Below, piece by piece: positions 26,933 to 40,961 of a stretch of DNA of 64,000 nt (within the stretch, counting starts at the first letter, position 1; every line of letters begins with the position of its first letter). Where the stretch lies: positions 23,945 to 87,944 of the forward strand of contig JAUCBJ010006247.1 of the NCBI GenBank assembly GCA_032718475.1, in the 5' to 3' direction. The notes under the pieces were generated by a model, which had not been told where the DNA came from, searched no databases, and worked only from the letters and a program-made list of their open reading frames with translations. A program made the translations under genes and the position numbers. This stretch comes from Nemertoderma westbladi (Eukaryota; Animalia; Xenacoelomorpha).

Positions 26933-27502
26933 CTTTGCTTCACGAAGGGGTCTTAGAGGTCACCAATATAAATTGCAACACAATTTTTGCCGCCTACAAA
27001 TTTGTCAGAAATATTTTTGTAATAGGATAGTTAGTATGTGGAACGACCTACCTTCTAATGCTGCATCAGCCCCAAACATTAATATTTTTAGTAATATTTT
27101 AGCACGGGATGTAGACCTTTTAAAATACTGCAGTTTTAACAGATTTTTATAATAATTGGATTATTTTTGGCATAACTCATGTTATTATATAATACTATTT
27201 ATTGTTAATATATCAATTTCAGTACGGGCAGTTTAACAATATTTTTTTAGAAAAATATTTTTATCAGGGAAACGTTTAATTATTTAATACTTTTTAGTTA
27301 CTTTTACATGTACTTATAACGATTAGTATACAAATTAATTAACTTAAATAATGGAATGGCTAACCGTAAGTGCACGGGCCTGGTTAGTCTCCTCCCCCAC
27401 TACTTACTGTATATATTTTTATCTAATGATCTATTTTATTTGAAATAAATTTCACATGTGCAATTTTTGACTATGGGTGTAATAATAATAATAATACTAA
27501 TA
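24498..27502 (+). mobile_element. 5'-truncated CR1-group non-LTR retrotransposon (APE endonuclease + reverse transcriptase)
   Basis: EN motifs VFRKDR, GGGVAI, VGDFN, SDH. RT motifs YRPFSLT, QHGF, DFAKAFDSV, QGSVLGP, LFADD. CR1-like C-terminus RGHQYKL..FCNRIVSMWNDLP. Ends in a (TAA)n tail. Confidence 0.92.
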
Positions 27503-30500
27503 GTATACAACTGTATCTCCTAATTGTTACGACGGCTATGACCTGTATACAACTGTATCTCCTAATTGTTACGACGGCTATGACTTGTATACAACTGTAT
27601 CTCCTAATTGTTACGACGGCTATGACTTGTATACAACTGTATCTCCTAATTGTTACGACGGCTATGACTTGTATACAACTGTATCTCCTAATTGTTACGA
27701 CGGCTATGACTTGTATACAACTGTATCTCCTATTTGTTACGACGGCTATGACTTGTATACAACTGTATCTCCTACTTGTTACGACGGCTATGACTTGTAT
27801 ACAACTGTATCTCCTATTTGCGTTACGACGGCTATGACTTGTATACAACTGTATCTCCTAATTGTTACGACGGCTATGACTTGTATACAACTGTATCTCC
27901 TACGTGTTACGACGGCTATGACTTGTATACAACTGTATCTCCTACTTGTTTCGACGGCTATGACTTGTATACAACTGTATCTCCTAATTGTTACGACGGC
28001 TATGACTTGTATACAACTGTATCTCCGAATTGTTACGACGGCTATGACTTGTATACAACTGTATCTCCTACGTGTTACGACGGCTATGACTTGTATACAA
28101 ATGTATCTCCTACGTGTTACGACGGCTATGACTTGTATACAACTGTATCTCCTATTTGCGTTACGACGGCTATGACTTGTATACAACTGTATATCCTACT
28201 TGTTACGACGGCTATGACTTGTATACAACTGTATCTCCTAATTGTTACGACGGCTATGACTTGTATACAACTGTATCTCCTACGTGTTACGACGGCTATG
28301 ACTTGTATACAACTGTATCTCCTACGTGTTACGACGGCTATGACTTGTATACAACTGTATATCCTATTTGTTACGACGGCTATGACTTGTATACAACTGT
28401 ATCTCCTATTTGTTACGACGGCTATGACTTGTATACAGCTGTATATCCTATTTGTTACGACGGCTATGACTTGTATACAACTGTATCTCCTATATGCGTT
28501 TCGACGGCTATGACTTGTATACAACTGTATCTCCTACTTGTTACGACGGCTATGACTTGTATACAACTGTATCTCCTACTTGTTTCGACGGCTATGACTT
28601 GTATACAACTGTATCTCCTACTTGTTACGACGGCGATGACTTGTATACAACTGTATCTCCTATTTGCGTTACGACGGCTATGACTTGTATACAACTGTAT
28701 CTCCTACTTGTTACGACGGCTATGACTTGTATACAACTGTATCTCCTATTTGTTACGACGGCTATGACTTGTATACAACTGTATCTCCTAATTGTTACGA
28801 CGGCTATGACTTGTATACAACTGTATCTCATAATTGTTACGACGGCTATGACTTGTATACAACTGTATCTCCTATTTGTTACGACGGCTATGACTTGTAT
28901 ACAACTGTATCTCCTATTTGTTACGACGGCTATGACTTGTATACAACTGTATCTCCTACGTGTTACGACGGCTATGACTTGTATACAACTGTATCTCCTA
29001 CGTGTTACGACGGCTATGACTTGTATACAACTGTATCTCCTAATTGTTACGACGGCTATGACTTGTATACAACTGTATCTCCTACTTGTTACGACGGCTA
29101 TGACTTGTATACAACTGTATCTCCTATTTGTTACGACGGCTATGACTTGTATACAACTGTATCTCCTAATTGTTACGACGGCTATGACTTGTATACAACT
29201 GTATCTCCTAATTGTTACGACGGCTATGACTTGTATACAACTGTATCTCCTAATTGTTACGACGGCTATGACTTGTATACAACTGTATCTCCTATTTGTT
29301 ACGACGGCTATGACTTGTATACAACTGTATCTCCTACGTGTTACGACGGCTATGACTTGTATACAACTGTATCTCCTAATTGTTACGACGGCTATGACTT
29401 GTATACAACTGTATCTCCTACGTGCTACGACGGCTATGACTTGTATACAACTGTATCTCCTACGTGTTACGACGGCTATGACTTGTATACAACTGTATCT
29501 CCTAATTGTTACGACGGCTATGACCTGTATACAACTGTATCTCCTACGTGTTACGACGGCTATGACTTGTATACAACTGTATCTCCTAATTGTTACGACG
29601 GCTATGACTTGTATACAACTGTATCTCCTACGTGTTACGACGGCTATGACTTGTATACAACTGTATCTCCTAATTGTTACGACGGCTATGACTTGTATAC
29701 AACTGTATCTCCTACGTGTTACGACGGCTATGACTTGTATACAACTGTATCTCCTAATTGTTACGACGGCTATGACTTGTATACAACTGTATCTCCTAAT
29801 TGTTACGACGGCTATAACTTGTATACAACTGTATCTCCTAATTGTTACGACGGCTATGACTTGTATACAACTGTATCTCCTACGTGTTACGACGGCTATG
29901 ACTTGTATACAACTGTATCTCCTAATTGTTACGACGGCTATGACTTGTATACAACTGTATCTCCTACGTGTTACGACGGCTATGACTTGTATACAACTGT
30001 ATCTCCTACGTGTTACGACGGCTATGACTTGTATACAACTGTATCTCCTAATTGTTACGACGGCTATGACTTGTATACAACTGTATCTCCTATTTGCGTT
30101 ACGACGGCTATGACTTGTATACAACTGTATATCCTATTTGCGTTACGACGGCTATGACTTGTATACAACTGTATCTCCTATTTGCGTTACGACGGCTATG
30201 ACTTGTATACAACTGTATCTCCTACTTGTTACGACGGCTATGACTTGTATACAACTGTATATCCTAATTGTTACGACGGCTATGACTTGTATACTACTGT
30301 ATCTCCTATTTGCGTTACGACGGCTATGACTTGTATACAACTGTATCTCCTATTTGTTACGACGGCTATGACTTGTATACAACTGTATCTCCTAATTGTT
30401 ACGACGGCTATGACTTGTATACTACTGTATCTCCTATTTGCGTTACGACGGCTATGACTTGTATACAACTGTATCTCCTATTTGTTACGACGGCTATGAC

Positions 30501-33500
30501 CCTGTATACAACTGTATCTCCTACTTGTTTCGACGGCTATGACTTGTATACAACTGTATATCCTACTTGTTACGACGGCTATGACTTGTATACAACTGTA
30601 TCTCCTATTTGTTACGACGGCTATGACTTGTATACAACTGTATCTCCTACGTGTTACGACGGCTATGACTTGTATACAACTGTATCTCCTAATTGTTACG
30701 ACGGCTATGACTTGTATACAACTGTATCTCCTATTTGTTACGACGGCTATGACTTGTATACAACTGTATCTCCTAATTGTTACGACTGCTATGACTTGTA
30801 TACAACTGTATCTCCTATTTGCGTTACGACGGCTATGACCTGTATACAACTGTATCTCCTACTTGTTACGACGGCTATGACTTGTATACAACTGTATCTC
30901 CTACGTGTTACGACGGCTATGACTTGTATACAACTGTATCTCCTACGTGTTACGACGGCTATGACTTGTATACAACTGTATCTCCTATTTGCGTTACGAC
31001 GGCTATGACCTGTATACAACTGTATCTCCTATTTGTTACGACGGCTATGACTTGTATACAACTGTATCTCCTATTTGTTACAACGGCTATGACTTGTATA
31101 CAACTGTATCTCCTAATTGTTACGACGGCTATGACTTGTATACAACTGTATCTCCTAATTGTTACGACGGCTATGACTTGTATACAACTGTATCTCCTAT
31201 TTGTTACGTCGGCTATGACTTGTATGCAACTGTATCTCCTACTTGTTACGACGGCTATGACTTGTATACAACTGTATCTCCTATTTGTTACGACGGCTAT
31301 GACTTGTATACAACTGTATCTCCTATTTGCGTTACGACGGCTATGACTTGTATACAACTGTATCTCCTATTTGTTACGACGGCTATGACTTGTATACAAC
31401 TGTATCTCCTATTTGTTACGACGGCTATGACTTGTATACAACTGTATCTCCTACTTGTTACGACGGCTATGACTTGTATACAACTGTATCTCCTATTTGC
31501 GTTACGACGGCTATGACTTGTATACAACTGTATCTCCTATTTGTTACGACGGCTATGACTTGTATACAACTGTATCTCCTATTTGTTACGACGGCTATGA
31601 CTTGTATACAACTGTATCTCCTACTTGTTACGACGGCTATGACTTGTATACAACTGTATCTCCTATTTGCGTTACGACGGCTATGACTTGTATACAACTG
31701 TATCTCCTACTTGTTACGACGGCTATGACTTGTATACAACTGTATCTCCTACTTGTTACGACGGCTATGACTTGTATACAACTGTATCTCCTACTTGTTA
31801 CGACGGCTATGACTTGTATACAACTGTATCTCCTAATTGTTACGACGGCTATGACTTGTATACAACTGTATCTCCTAATTGTTACGACGGCTATGACTTG
31901 TATACAACTGTATCTCCTAATTGTTACGACGGCTATGACTTGTATACAACTGTATCTCCTAATTGTTACGACGGCTATGACTTGTATACAACTGTATCTC
32001 CTACTTGTTACGACGGCTATGACTTGTATACAACTGTATCTCCTACTTGTTACGACGGCTATGACTTGTATACAACTGTATCTCCTATTTGCGTTACGAC
32101 GGCTATGACTTGTATACAACTGTATCTCCTACTTGTTACGACGGCTATGACTTGTATACAACTGTATCTCCTACGTGTTACGACGGCTATGACTTGTATA
32201 CAAATGTATCTCCTACGTGTTACGACGGCTATGACCTGTATACAACTGTATCTCCTATTTGCGTTACGACGGCTATGACTTGTATACAACTGTATCTCCT
32301 ATTTGCGTTACGACGGCTATGACTTGTATACAACTGTATCTCCTAATTGTTACGACGGCTATGACTTGTATACAACTGTATCTCCTACTTGTTTCGACGG
32401 CTATGACTTGTATACAACTGTATCTCCTACTTGTTACGACGGCTATGACTTGTATACAACTGTATCTCCTATTTGCGTTACGACGGCTATGACTTGTATA
32501 CAACTGTATCTCCTATTTGTTACGACGGCTATGACTTGTATACAACTGTATCTCCTACTTGTTACGACGGCTATGACTTGTATACAACTGTATCTCCTAC
32601 GTGTTACGACGGCTATGACTTGTATACAACTGTATCTCCTACTTGTTACGACGGCTATGACTTGTATACAACTGTATCTCCTAATTGTTACGACGGCTAT
32701 GACTTGTATACAACTGTATCTCCTAATTGTTACGACGGCTATGACTTGTATACAACTGTATCTCCTATTTGCGTTACGACGGCTATGACTTGTATACAAC
32801 TGTATCTCCTATTTGCGTTACGACGGCTATGACCTGTATACAACTGTATCTCCTATTTGTTACGACGGCTATGACTTGTATACAACTGTATCTCCTATTT
32901 GTTACGACGGCTATGACTTGTATACAACTGTATCTCCTATTTGCGTTACGACGGCTATGACCTGTATACAACTGTATCTCCTATTTGTTACGACGGCTAT
33001 GACTTGTATACAACTGTATCTCCTAATTGTTACGACGGCTATGACTTGTATACAACTGTATCTCCTAATTGTTACGACGGCTATGACTTGTATACAACTG
33101 TATCTCCTATTTGCGTTACGACGGCTATGACTTGTATACAACTGTATCTCCTATTTGCGTTACGACGGCTATGACCTGTATACAACTGTATCTCCTATTT
33201 GTTACGACGGCTATGACTTGTATACAACTGTATCTCCTATTTGTTACGACGGCTATGACTTGTATACAACTGTATCTCCTATTTGCGTTACGACGGCTAT
33301 GACTTGTATACAACTGTATCTCCTATTTGCGTTACGACGGCTATGACCTGTATACAACTGTATCTCCTATTTGTTACGACGGCTATGACTTGTATACAAC
33401 TGTATCTCCTAATTGTTACGACGGCTATGACTTGTATACAACTGTATCTCCTAATTGTTACGACGGCTATGACTTGTATACAACTGTATCTCCTATTTGC

Positions 33501-36279
33501 GTTACGACGGCTATGACTTGTATACAACTGTATCTCCTATTTGCGTTACGACGGCTATGACCTGTATACAACTGTATCTCCTATTTGTTACGACGGCTAT
33601 GACTTGTATACAACTGTATCTCCTATTTGTTACGACGGCTATGACTTGTATACAACTGTATCTCCTATTTGCGTTACGACGGCTATGACTTGTATACAAC
33701 TGTATCTCCTATTTGCGTTACGACGGCTATGACTTGTATACAACTGTATCTCCTATTTGTTACGACGGCTATGACTTGTATACAACTGTATCTCCTACTT
33801 GTTACGACGGCTATGACTTGTATACAACTGTATCTCCTACGTGTTACGACGGCTATGACTTGTATACAACTGTATCTCCTATTTGCGTTACGACGGCTAT
33901 GACCTGTATACAACTGTATCTCCTATTTGTTACGACGGCTATGACTTGTATACAACTGTATCTCCTAATTGTTACGACGGCTATGACTTGTATACAACTG
34001 TATCTCCTAATTGTTACGACGGCTATGACTTGTATACAACTGTATCTCCTATTTGCGTTACGACGGCTATGACTTGTATACAACTGTATCTCCTAATTGT
34101 TACGACGGCTATGACTTGTATACAACTGTATCTCCTAATTGTTACGACGGCTATGACTTGTATACAACTGTATCTCCTATTTGCGTTACGACGGCTATGA
34201 CTTGTATACAACTGTATCTCCTATTTGCGTTACGACGGCTATGACTTGTATACAACTGTATCTCCTACGTGTTACGACGGCTATGACTTGTATACAACTG
34301 TATCTCCTAATTGTTACGACGGCTATGACTTGTATACAACTGTATCTCCTACGTGTTACGACGGCTATGACTTGTATACAACTGTATCTCCTAATTGTTA
34401 CGACGGCTATGACTTGTATACAACTGTATCTCCTAATTGTTACGACGGCTATGACTTGTATACAACTGTATCTCCTATTTGCGTTACGACGGCTATGACT
34501 TGTATACAACTGTATCTCCTACTTGTTACGACGGCTATGACTTGTATACAACTGTATCTCCTACGTGTTACGACGGCTATGACTTGTATACAAATGTATC
34601 TCCTACGTGTTACGACGGCTATGACCTGTATACAACTGTATCTCCTATTTGCGTTACGACGGCTATGACTTGTATACAACTGTATCTCCTATTTGCGTTA
34701 CGACGGCTATGACTTGTATACAACTGTATCTCCTAATTGTTACGACGGCTATGACTTGTATACAACTGTATCTCCTACTTGTTTCGACGGCTATGACTTG
34801 TATACAACTGTATCTCCTACTTGTTACGACGGCTATGACTTGTATACAACTGTATCTCCTATTTGCGTTACGACGGCTATGACTTGTATACAACTGTATC
34901 TCCTATTTGTTACGACGGCTATGACTTGTATACAACTGTATCTCCTACTTGTTACGACGGCTATGACTTGTATACAACTGTATCTCCTACGTGTTACGAC
35001 GGCTATGACTTGTATACAACTGTATCTCCTATTTGCGTTACGACGGCTATGACCTGTATACAACTGTATCTCCTATTTGTTACGACGGCTATGACTTGTA
35101 TACAACTGTATCTCCTAATTGTTACGACGGCTATGACTTGTATACAACTGTATCTCCTAATTGTTACGACGGCTATGACTTGTATACAACTGTATCTCCT
35201 ATTTGCGTTACGACGGCTATGACTTGTATACAACTGTATCTCCTATTTGCGTTACGACGGCTATGACCTGTATACAACTGTATCTCCTATTTGTTACGAC
35301 GGCTATGACTTGTATACAACTGTATCTCCTATTTGTTACGACGGCTATGACTTGTATACAACTGTATCTCCTATTTGCGTTACGACGGCTATGACTTGTA
35401 TACAACTGTATCTCCTATTTGCGTTACGACGGCTATGACTTGTATACAACTGTATCTCCTATTTGCGTTACGACGGCTATGACTTGTATACAACTGTATC
35501 TCCTATTTGTTACGACGGCTATGAATTGTATACAACTGTATCTCCTACTTGTTACGACGGCTATGACTTGTATACAACTGTATATCCTACGTGTTACGAC
35601 GGCTATGACTTGTATACAACTGTATCTCCTATTTGCGTTACGACGGCTATGACCTGTATACAACTGTATCTCCTATTTGTTACGACGGCTATGACTTGTA
35701 TACAACTGTATCTCCTAATTGTTACGACGGCTATGACTTGTATACAACTGTATCTCCTAATTGTTACGACGGCTATGACTTGTATACAACTGTATCTCCT
35801 ATTTGCGTTACGACGGCTATGACTTGTATACAACTGTATCTCCTATTTGCGTTACGAAGGCTATGACTTGTATACAACTGTATCTCCTAATTGTTACGAC
35901 GGCTATGACTTGTATACAACTGTATCTCCTAATTGTTACGACGGCTATGACTTGTATACAACTGTATCTCCTAATTGTTACGACGGCTATGACTTGTATA
36001 CAACTGTATCTCCTATTTGCGTTACGACGGCTATGACTTGTATACAACTGTATCTCCTATTTGCGTTACGACGGCTATGACTTGTATACAACTGTATCTC
36101 CTAATTGTTACGACGGCTATGACTTGTATACAACTGTATCTCCTATTTGCGTTACGACGGCTATGACTTGTATACAACTGTATCTCCTAATTGTTACGAC
36201 GGCTATGACTTGTATACAACTGTATCTCCTAATTGTTACGACGGCTATGACTTGTATACAACTGTATCTCCTACTTGTT
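27503..36279 (+). repeat. 42-bp (44-bp variant) tandem satellite, ~205 copies
   Basis: Unit GTTACGACGGCTATGACTTGTATACAACTGTATCTCCTA(att/ttt/ctt/cgt/tttgc), with internal palindrome TTGTATACAA. Confidence 0.97.
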
Positions 36280-37013
36280 TTTCAACTGATTTTGATTTTG
36301 TTTGCCCGCTTCTTGCAGCTCTTATGGGATTATAAAAGTGAAATGAAATGTCCCAATAAACGTGTAAAAAAACGTTAAGACCAAATACAATGTCCAATTT
36401 GTGTCCACTTAGTGAACAATGACGTATTTAGTTAAATATAACTTTGTTATTTAAAATTGAAATTATATTATTGTTAATTTAAAATTTCTTGTTAATTTAA
36501 AATTTATTGTTAATTTAAAATTTATTGTTAATTTAAAATGTAATATCTTTGTAAATTTACGATGTAATCGTAGTAACAATTTACAATTTATTTAATCTTA
36601 TATAAAATATTTTTTTAATCGTAAGTAAAGTTCTGTACCAGTACTGGTATACTAAATAGAATTCAAGGATGAGATATGTTGTGCTACAGATGTCTTTAAT
36701 ATTGTATTTCCCTTGGATTGTCGTGGTACAGTTGTAGTAATTGATTGAAACAGACCTATACCAAATGTTACCTCTGTTTGTACTTAAGTTGTCGGTATGC
36801 AACCGACTGTTCTAGTTACAAGAATTTTCTCATCAGTGAAGCCAACATACTATGAATGTGAGTAATTATAAAATTATGCTGTATATCGGGGGATGAATGG
36901 ATCTGTTATGTTGGAAGCTCTTAACCATACAGGATACAGACTATAGTGGTAAAGGTTCAAATATCAAACCCAACAAAGTAGGGCCTAACCACTACTCTGC
37001 CAAAACAATTTAC

Positions 37014-37553
37014 GGCCCATGTGAAGAATACCAGACTTTCTGCCGTTATATTTCACTTTGCAGTTACCCCCATGTGAAGAATACCAGGTTTTCACCAAAA
37101 ACACAGGTTACAGAAGGGCTGAATCTAACCAAAACAATAAACGAATTTGTATATGTACAGGTTATAAGACAGAAACACGCGCTATAAAACACTTAATAAA
37201 GATAAATTAAAAAAAATAAAAAATCTTCATATATGAATTCTGTATATTACATCCAAACATTTGGATAAAATTTGTCGCCCATGTGAAGAATACCAGGATT
37301 TCACTTTTCGGTCGACTTTTTATTGGAATTTTATATATGAAGATTTTTTATTTTTTTTAATTTATCTTTTTTAAGTGTTTTATAGCGCTTATTTCTCTCT
37401 TATAACCTGTACATATACTAATTCGTTTATTGTTTTGGTTAGATTCAGCCGTTCTGTAACCTGTTTTTTTGGTGAAAATCTGGTATTCTTCACATGGGGG
37501 TAACTGCACAGTGAAATATAACGGCAGAAAGTCTGGTATTATTCACATGGGCC
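37014..37553. mobile_element. Two copies of a ~275-bp MITE (TIR GCCCATGTGAAGAATACCAG) in opposite orientation
   Basis: 37014-37240 (+, truncated) and 37277-37553 (-, full). The second copy is flanked by a 9-bp TSD AAATTTGTC. Confidence 0.85.
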
Positions 37554-38949
37554 AAATTTGTCGCACGTACAATAAGTTAAAAGATAATTATACCGGAAGC
37601 AGTGATTACTCAGGTTCGATCCTTGGTTAAGTCAGTTAAATTTTCGTGTAATTATTAATAATATATGCCATTATTTTCGGTGTGGTGATCAATCTTGGGG
37701 GGTTAGAGTGGCACCCTTTCTTGTAGGTTATTGCCAAGAGAGAAAGAGAAGAGCCTTCGGATTTCCTCGAATGTTTAGTGTTTCACTTTCACCTATAAAT
37801 TTACTTTTTTTTATTTCTTTTAAAGTTACCAATTTACAAATTTATTACCCATTTAAATTACACAACATATATACTACGGAAGAGGGAGAACTATGCATTT
37901 TTTAATAGCGTATTCCAAACAAGCACACCAGGCACCAGTTTGAGTAGATTTTTTTTATATAATCTTTACGTATCTCCAGGATCAGAAAGTGTAATTTAAA
38001 TTTATTGCCCTATTTCCATCACCGCATTGCTTCATACACCACGCGTCAACCCAGGATGTATTATATATCATCACAATTTTCTAGTTGAGAGCCAATAATA
38101 GTATATTTTTATATTATATTAATGATGTTATCTGCCTTGTAGTTAGTTAGTTGTATAACCGTATAGGGGCCGTATACTCTATCGATCACACACCCCATCC
38201 AACCCTCTAATAACCCCTTTATTTTTATCCCGATACTGCGGTTGCCTATAATGGCTCATTGTTGCATCGATTTTTCGAGTGGGCTTTGTGCTATATGACT
38301 GCCCGAGTAAAGCCTAAGTAAATGGCCACGTCAATAATCAAGTCATAATGAGTTGTGTCGTAGCTGAATTACTGCGCCAGTTCCCTCTATCTGTCGCAGC
38401 TATATGCTGTATATCAGAGAAGAGACGCGGATGGAACTGAAATTGTTTTATATGTATATATATATATATATCTATATATATATCGAGCATTTATATTTTT
38501 TAGTGATCTTTATGCTTTTGTGTCAATTATTTTCTATTTTAGGCAGCGTTCAAACTTACTGAGCCACTATAAGCCGCGTTTTAAATTAGACCCTCACCAA
38601 TTAGAGTCTTAAATTTACATGACAGGTTTAATTAGGGTTTAGCCTGACTGACTAACCTTAACCATATAATAAACCAAATCCAGGTCAAATTGTCTGAAAT
38701 AAACTACCGGCGGACAGGTATTGAAATGCATTATCGTACCGGTACCGGAACTCAGGTATATATCTAAAATGTAGGTTAGAACTGGAGATTTGAAACCAAA
38801 TACGGAGGTTTGGTTTCCTCGGCAGTTAGGGTCCAGCATGGACTCCCATTTAAGAATACTGGTACTACTGCTGCCATAAATAATCGAATCTTGAGATTCC
38901 GTTTTATTCTAGGGGACTTCTAAATCATGGAGTGATTATTCAATGCTGC

Positions 38950-39890
38950 CCAGCCCATGCCTTCCCCTTACGTGTCCTGACTTTCGGATCCGTGATCCCC
39001 CCAAGTAGCAGGAGTCATCCACCAACATGCTCAAGCATGCCATCGCTGGAGCTTATTCCTTTACTATCAAACATTTCTTGAGGGCTGTCAAGGTCATAAT
39101 TTTGGTCTTCTTGGAGTTTACAAAAAGTGAAAAAGACCAACACTAGAAGCAACCTGCTACAATGAGGAGCCTTTGGGCTCCCTTTAGTGATTCTGACAGT
39201 ACCCCTAAGTCATCAGCAATGTCTAGATCAGTAATGTACTTTGCTGGATTCCCTATACTACTTGTGCCAGTAGGGTGTGTTACCCATCAACCTATCTTTA
39301 TTAAGATGGTCTAAGGACATGCATAGAACATAATTAACCACAATTATTAATAAGAATAAGTAAAAAAAGTAAAGTAAATTTTCTTCGGCCGCTAGGCCAG
39401 GGATTACGCACAAAGTTTGACGACTTATTTCCCGTGCGGTCCCCCCAGAACTTTACTCCCCAGAGGAAACTCAAGTACTCATTTAGGTACCACTTAAGGA
39501 TGCAAGGCAGAGATGCGCCCTGCTGGTTCCTTTGAAGCATTCGTGCCGAAACGAAAACTGCCCTGGTCCATGTGAGGATCGAACCCACGACCCACGGGAG
39601 ATGTGAATTCAATGCAACCACTACACCAAGGTGGAACGGTGCAAGTGTGTCGCCTTGAAAGACTCCCCATAAGACTTTGAATGGATCTGTGTCACCATCA
39701 GCACTAGCCACTGACACAAATGTGGTTGAACCATCGTAGTCATCTGATAGCTACAATAATTTCCTTATAGGAATCCCATATGCTGTCAGTATGCTAAACA
39801 TGCGTGATCGGGAGACTGAGGCGAATGCCTTAAAGAAGTCAACAGAGATAATATCCAGACGTCTGTCTTTCTTTATTGATAGCTCTACAA
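38950..39890 (-). pseudogene. Degraded RTE-clade LINE reverse-transcriptase fragment, interrupted by a SINE
   Basis: Minus-strand translations DFFKAFASVSRSRMFSILTAYGIP, GVFQGDTLAPF|LLIIVVNYVL and YLG...RKGKAW. Confidence 0.75.
39358..39637 (-). mobile_element. tRNA-derived SINE inserted in the RTE RT
   Basis: Closely similar to 61291-61558. Splits the GDTLAPF|LLII motif. Confidence 0.85.
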
Positions 39891-40349
39891 GTATAATGTC
39901 TGTCTGATAACTCGTTAACACTAGGCCAATGTGAACTATATTTAAGTGACTATAGTCGTTGCACCTGGCGAAATTGTAGCTCCAGTTGTTTCAAATATAA
40001 TAAAAAGTCATTAACTACAAGGATGACATGGGTTTTAGAGATATATTCTTACCTCATCCAGTTGTTGTTCAAACGGTTCACCAACGATGCAATCCAATTT
40101 ACCTTTTATGGAAACGTTGGTTTCCAAATTGTTTACGGGGCAATACTGTTTAAGCTGGATATAGGTAGGGCCTTACCTGTTCGAATTGTAAAAGTGTTTA
40201 AATTGTTATAGTGTGACCTGTTTACGGTGACAGAATAATAACGCGTTTGAGAGATGCAAGGTTGGTTGTATGTGCCATCAGTATCTCACTCTAGGACGGT
40301 TGAAAATTTAAAAATGTTTCGGTAGGAATTTCAACCTATTAATTGATGC

Positions 40350-40836
40350 GCCCATATGAAGAATACCAGGTTTTCACTTTGCGGTTGAATTTATATTTAA
40401 ATTTAAAGAAGAATTTATATATTTTTTAACAAACCTACATCTTTTATAGCGGTTATTTCTATCTTATAACCTGTATATACTAATTCGTTTATTGTTTTGG
40501 TTAGTTTTAGCCCTTCTGTAACTTGGGTTTTTCGTGAAAATCTGGTATTCTTCACATGAGGGCAAACGGCCCATGTGAAGAATGCGGACTTTGTGCCGTA
40601 ATATTTCACTTTGCAGTTACCCCCATGTGAAGAATACCAGGTTTTCACCAAAAACAGAAGGGGCTGAATCTAACCAAAACAATAAACAAATTAGTATATG
40701 TACAGGTTATAAGACAGAAATAAGCGCTATAAAACACTTAATGAAGATAAATTTAAAAAAAATAAAAAATCTTCATATATAAAATTCCAATGAAAAGTCG
40801 ACCGAAAAGTTAAATCCTGATATTCTTCACATGGGC
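40350..40836. mobile_element. Two further copies of the GCCCATGTGAAG MITE in opposite orientation
   Basis: 40350-40563 (-) and 40567-40836 (+). Confidence 0.85.
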
Positions 40837-40961
40837 GGAAATATAACAAGTATATACCTATATATATATATGTATATATATACCTATAACTGGTATACCT
40901 ATACATACATGGGCCAATTGATTAAAAGATTAAACTGCTCCTTTCCCTTTTAATTCACTTG

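Noticed and set aside
27503-36279. CRISPR-like array next to a reverse transcriptase
   Set aside because: There are no unique spacers, only a 3-5 nt variable site with five recurring states, and no cas genes. The RT is an ordinary CR1-group LINE in eukaryotic DNA.
27471-36378. Many ORFs (CYDGYDLYTTVSP / VTTAMTCIQLYLL repeats)
   Set aside because: A 42-bp unit is open in several frames on both strands, 44-bp units shift frame freely and there is no codon-position bias. These are translation artefacts.
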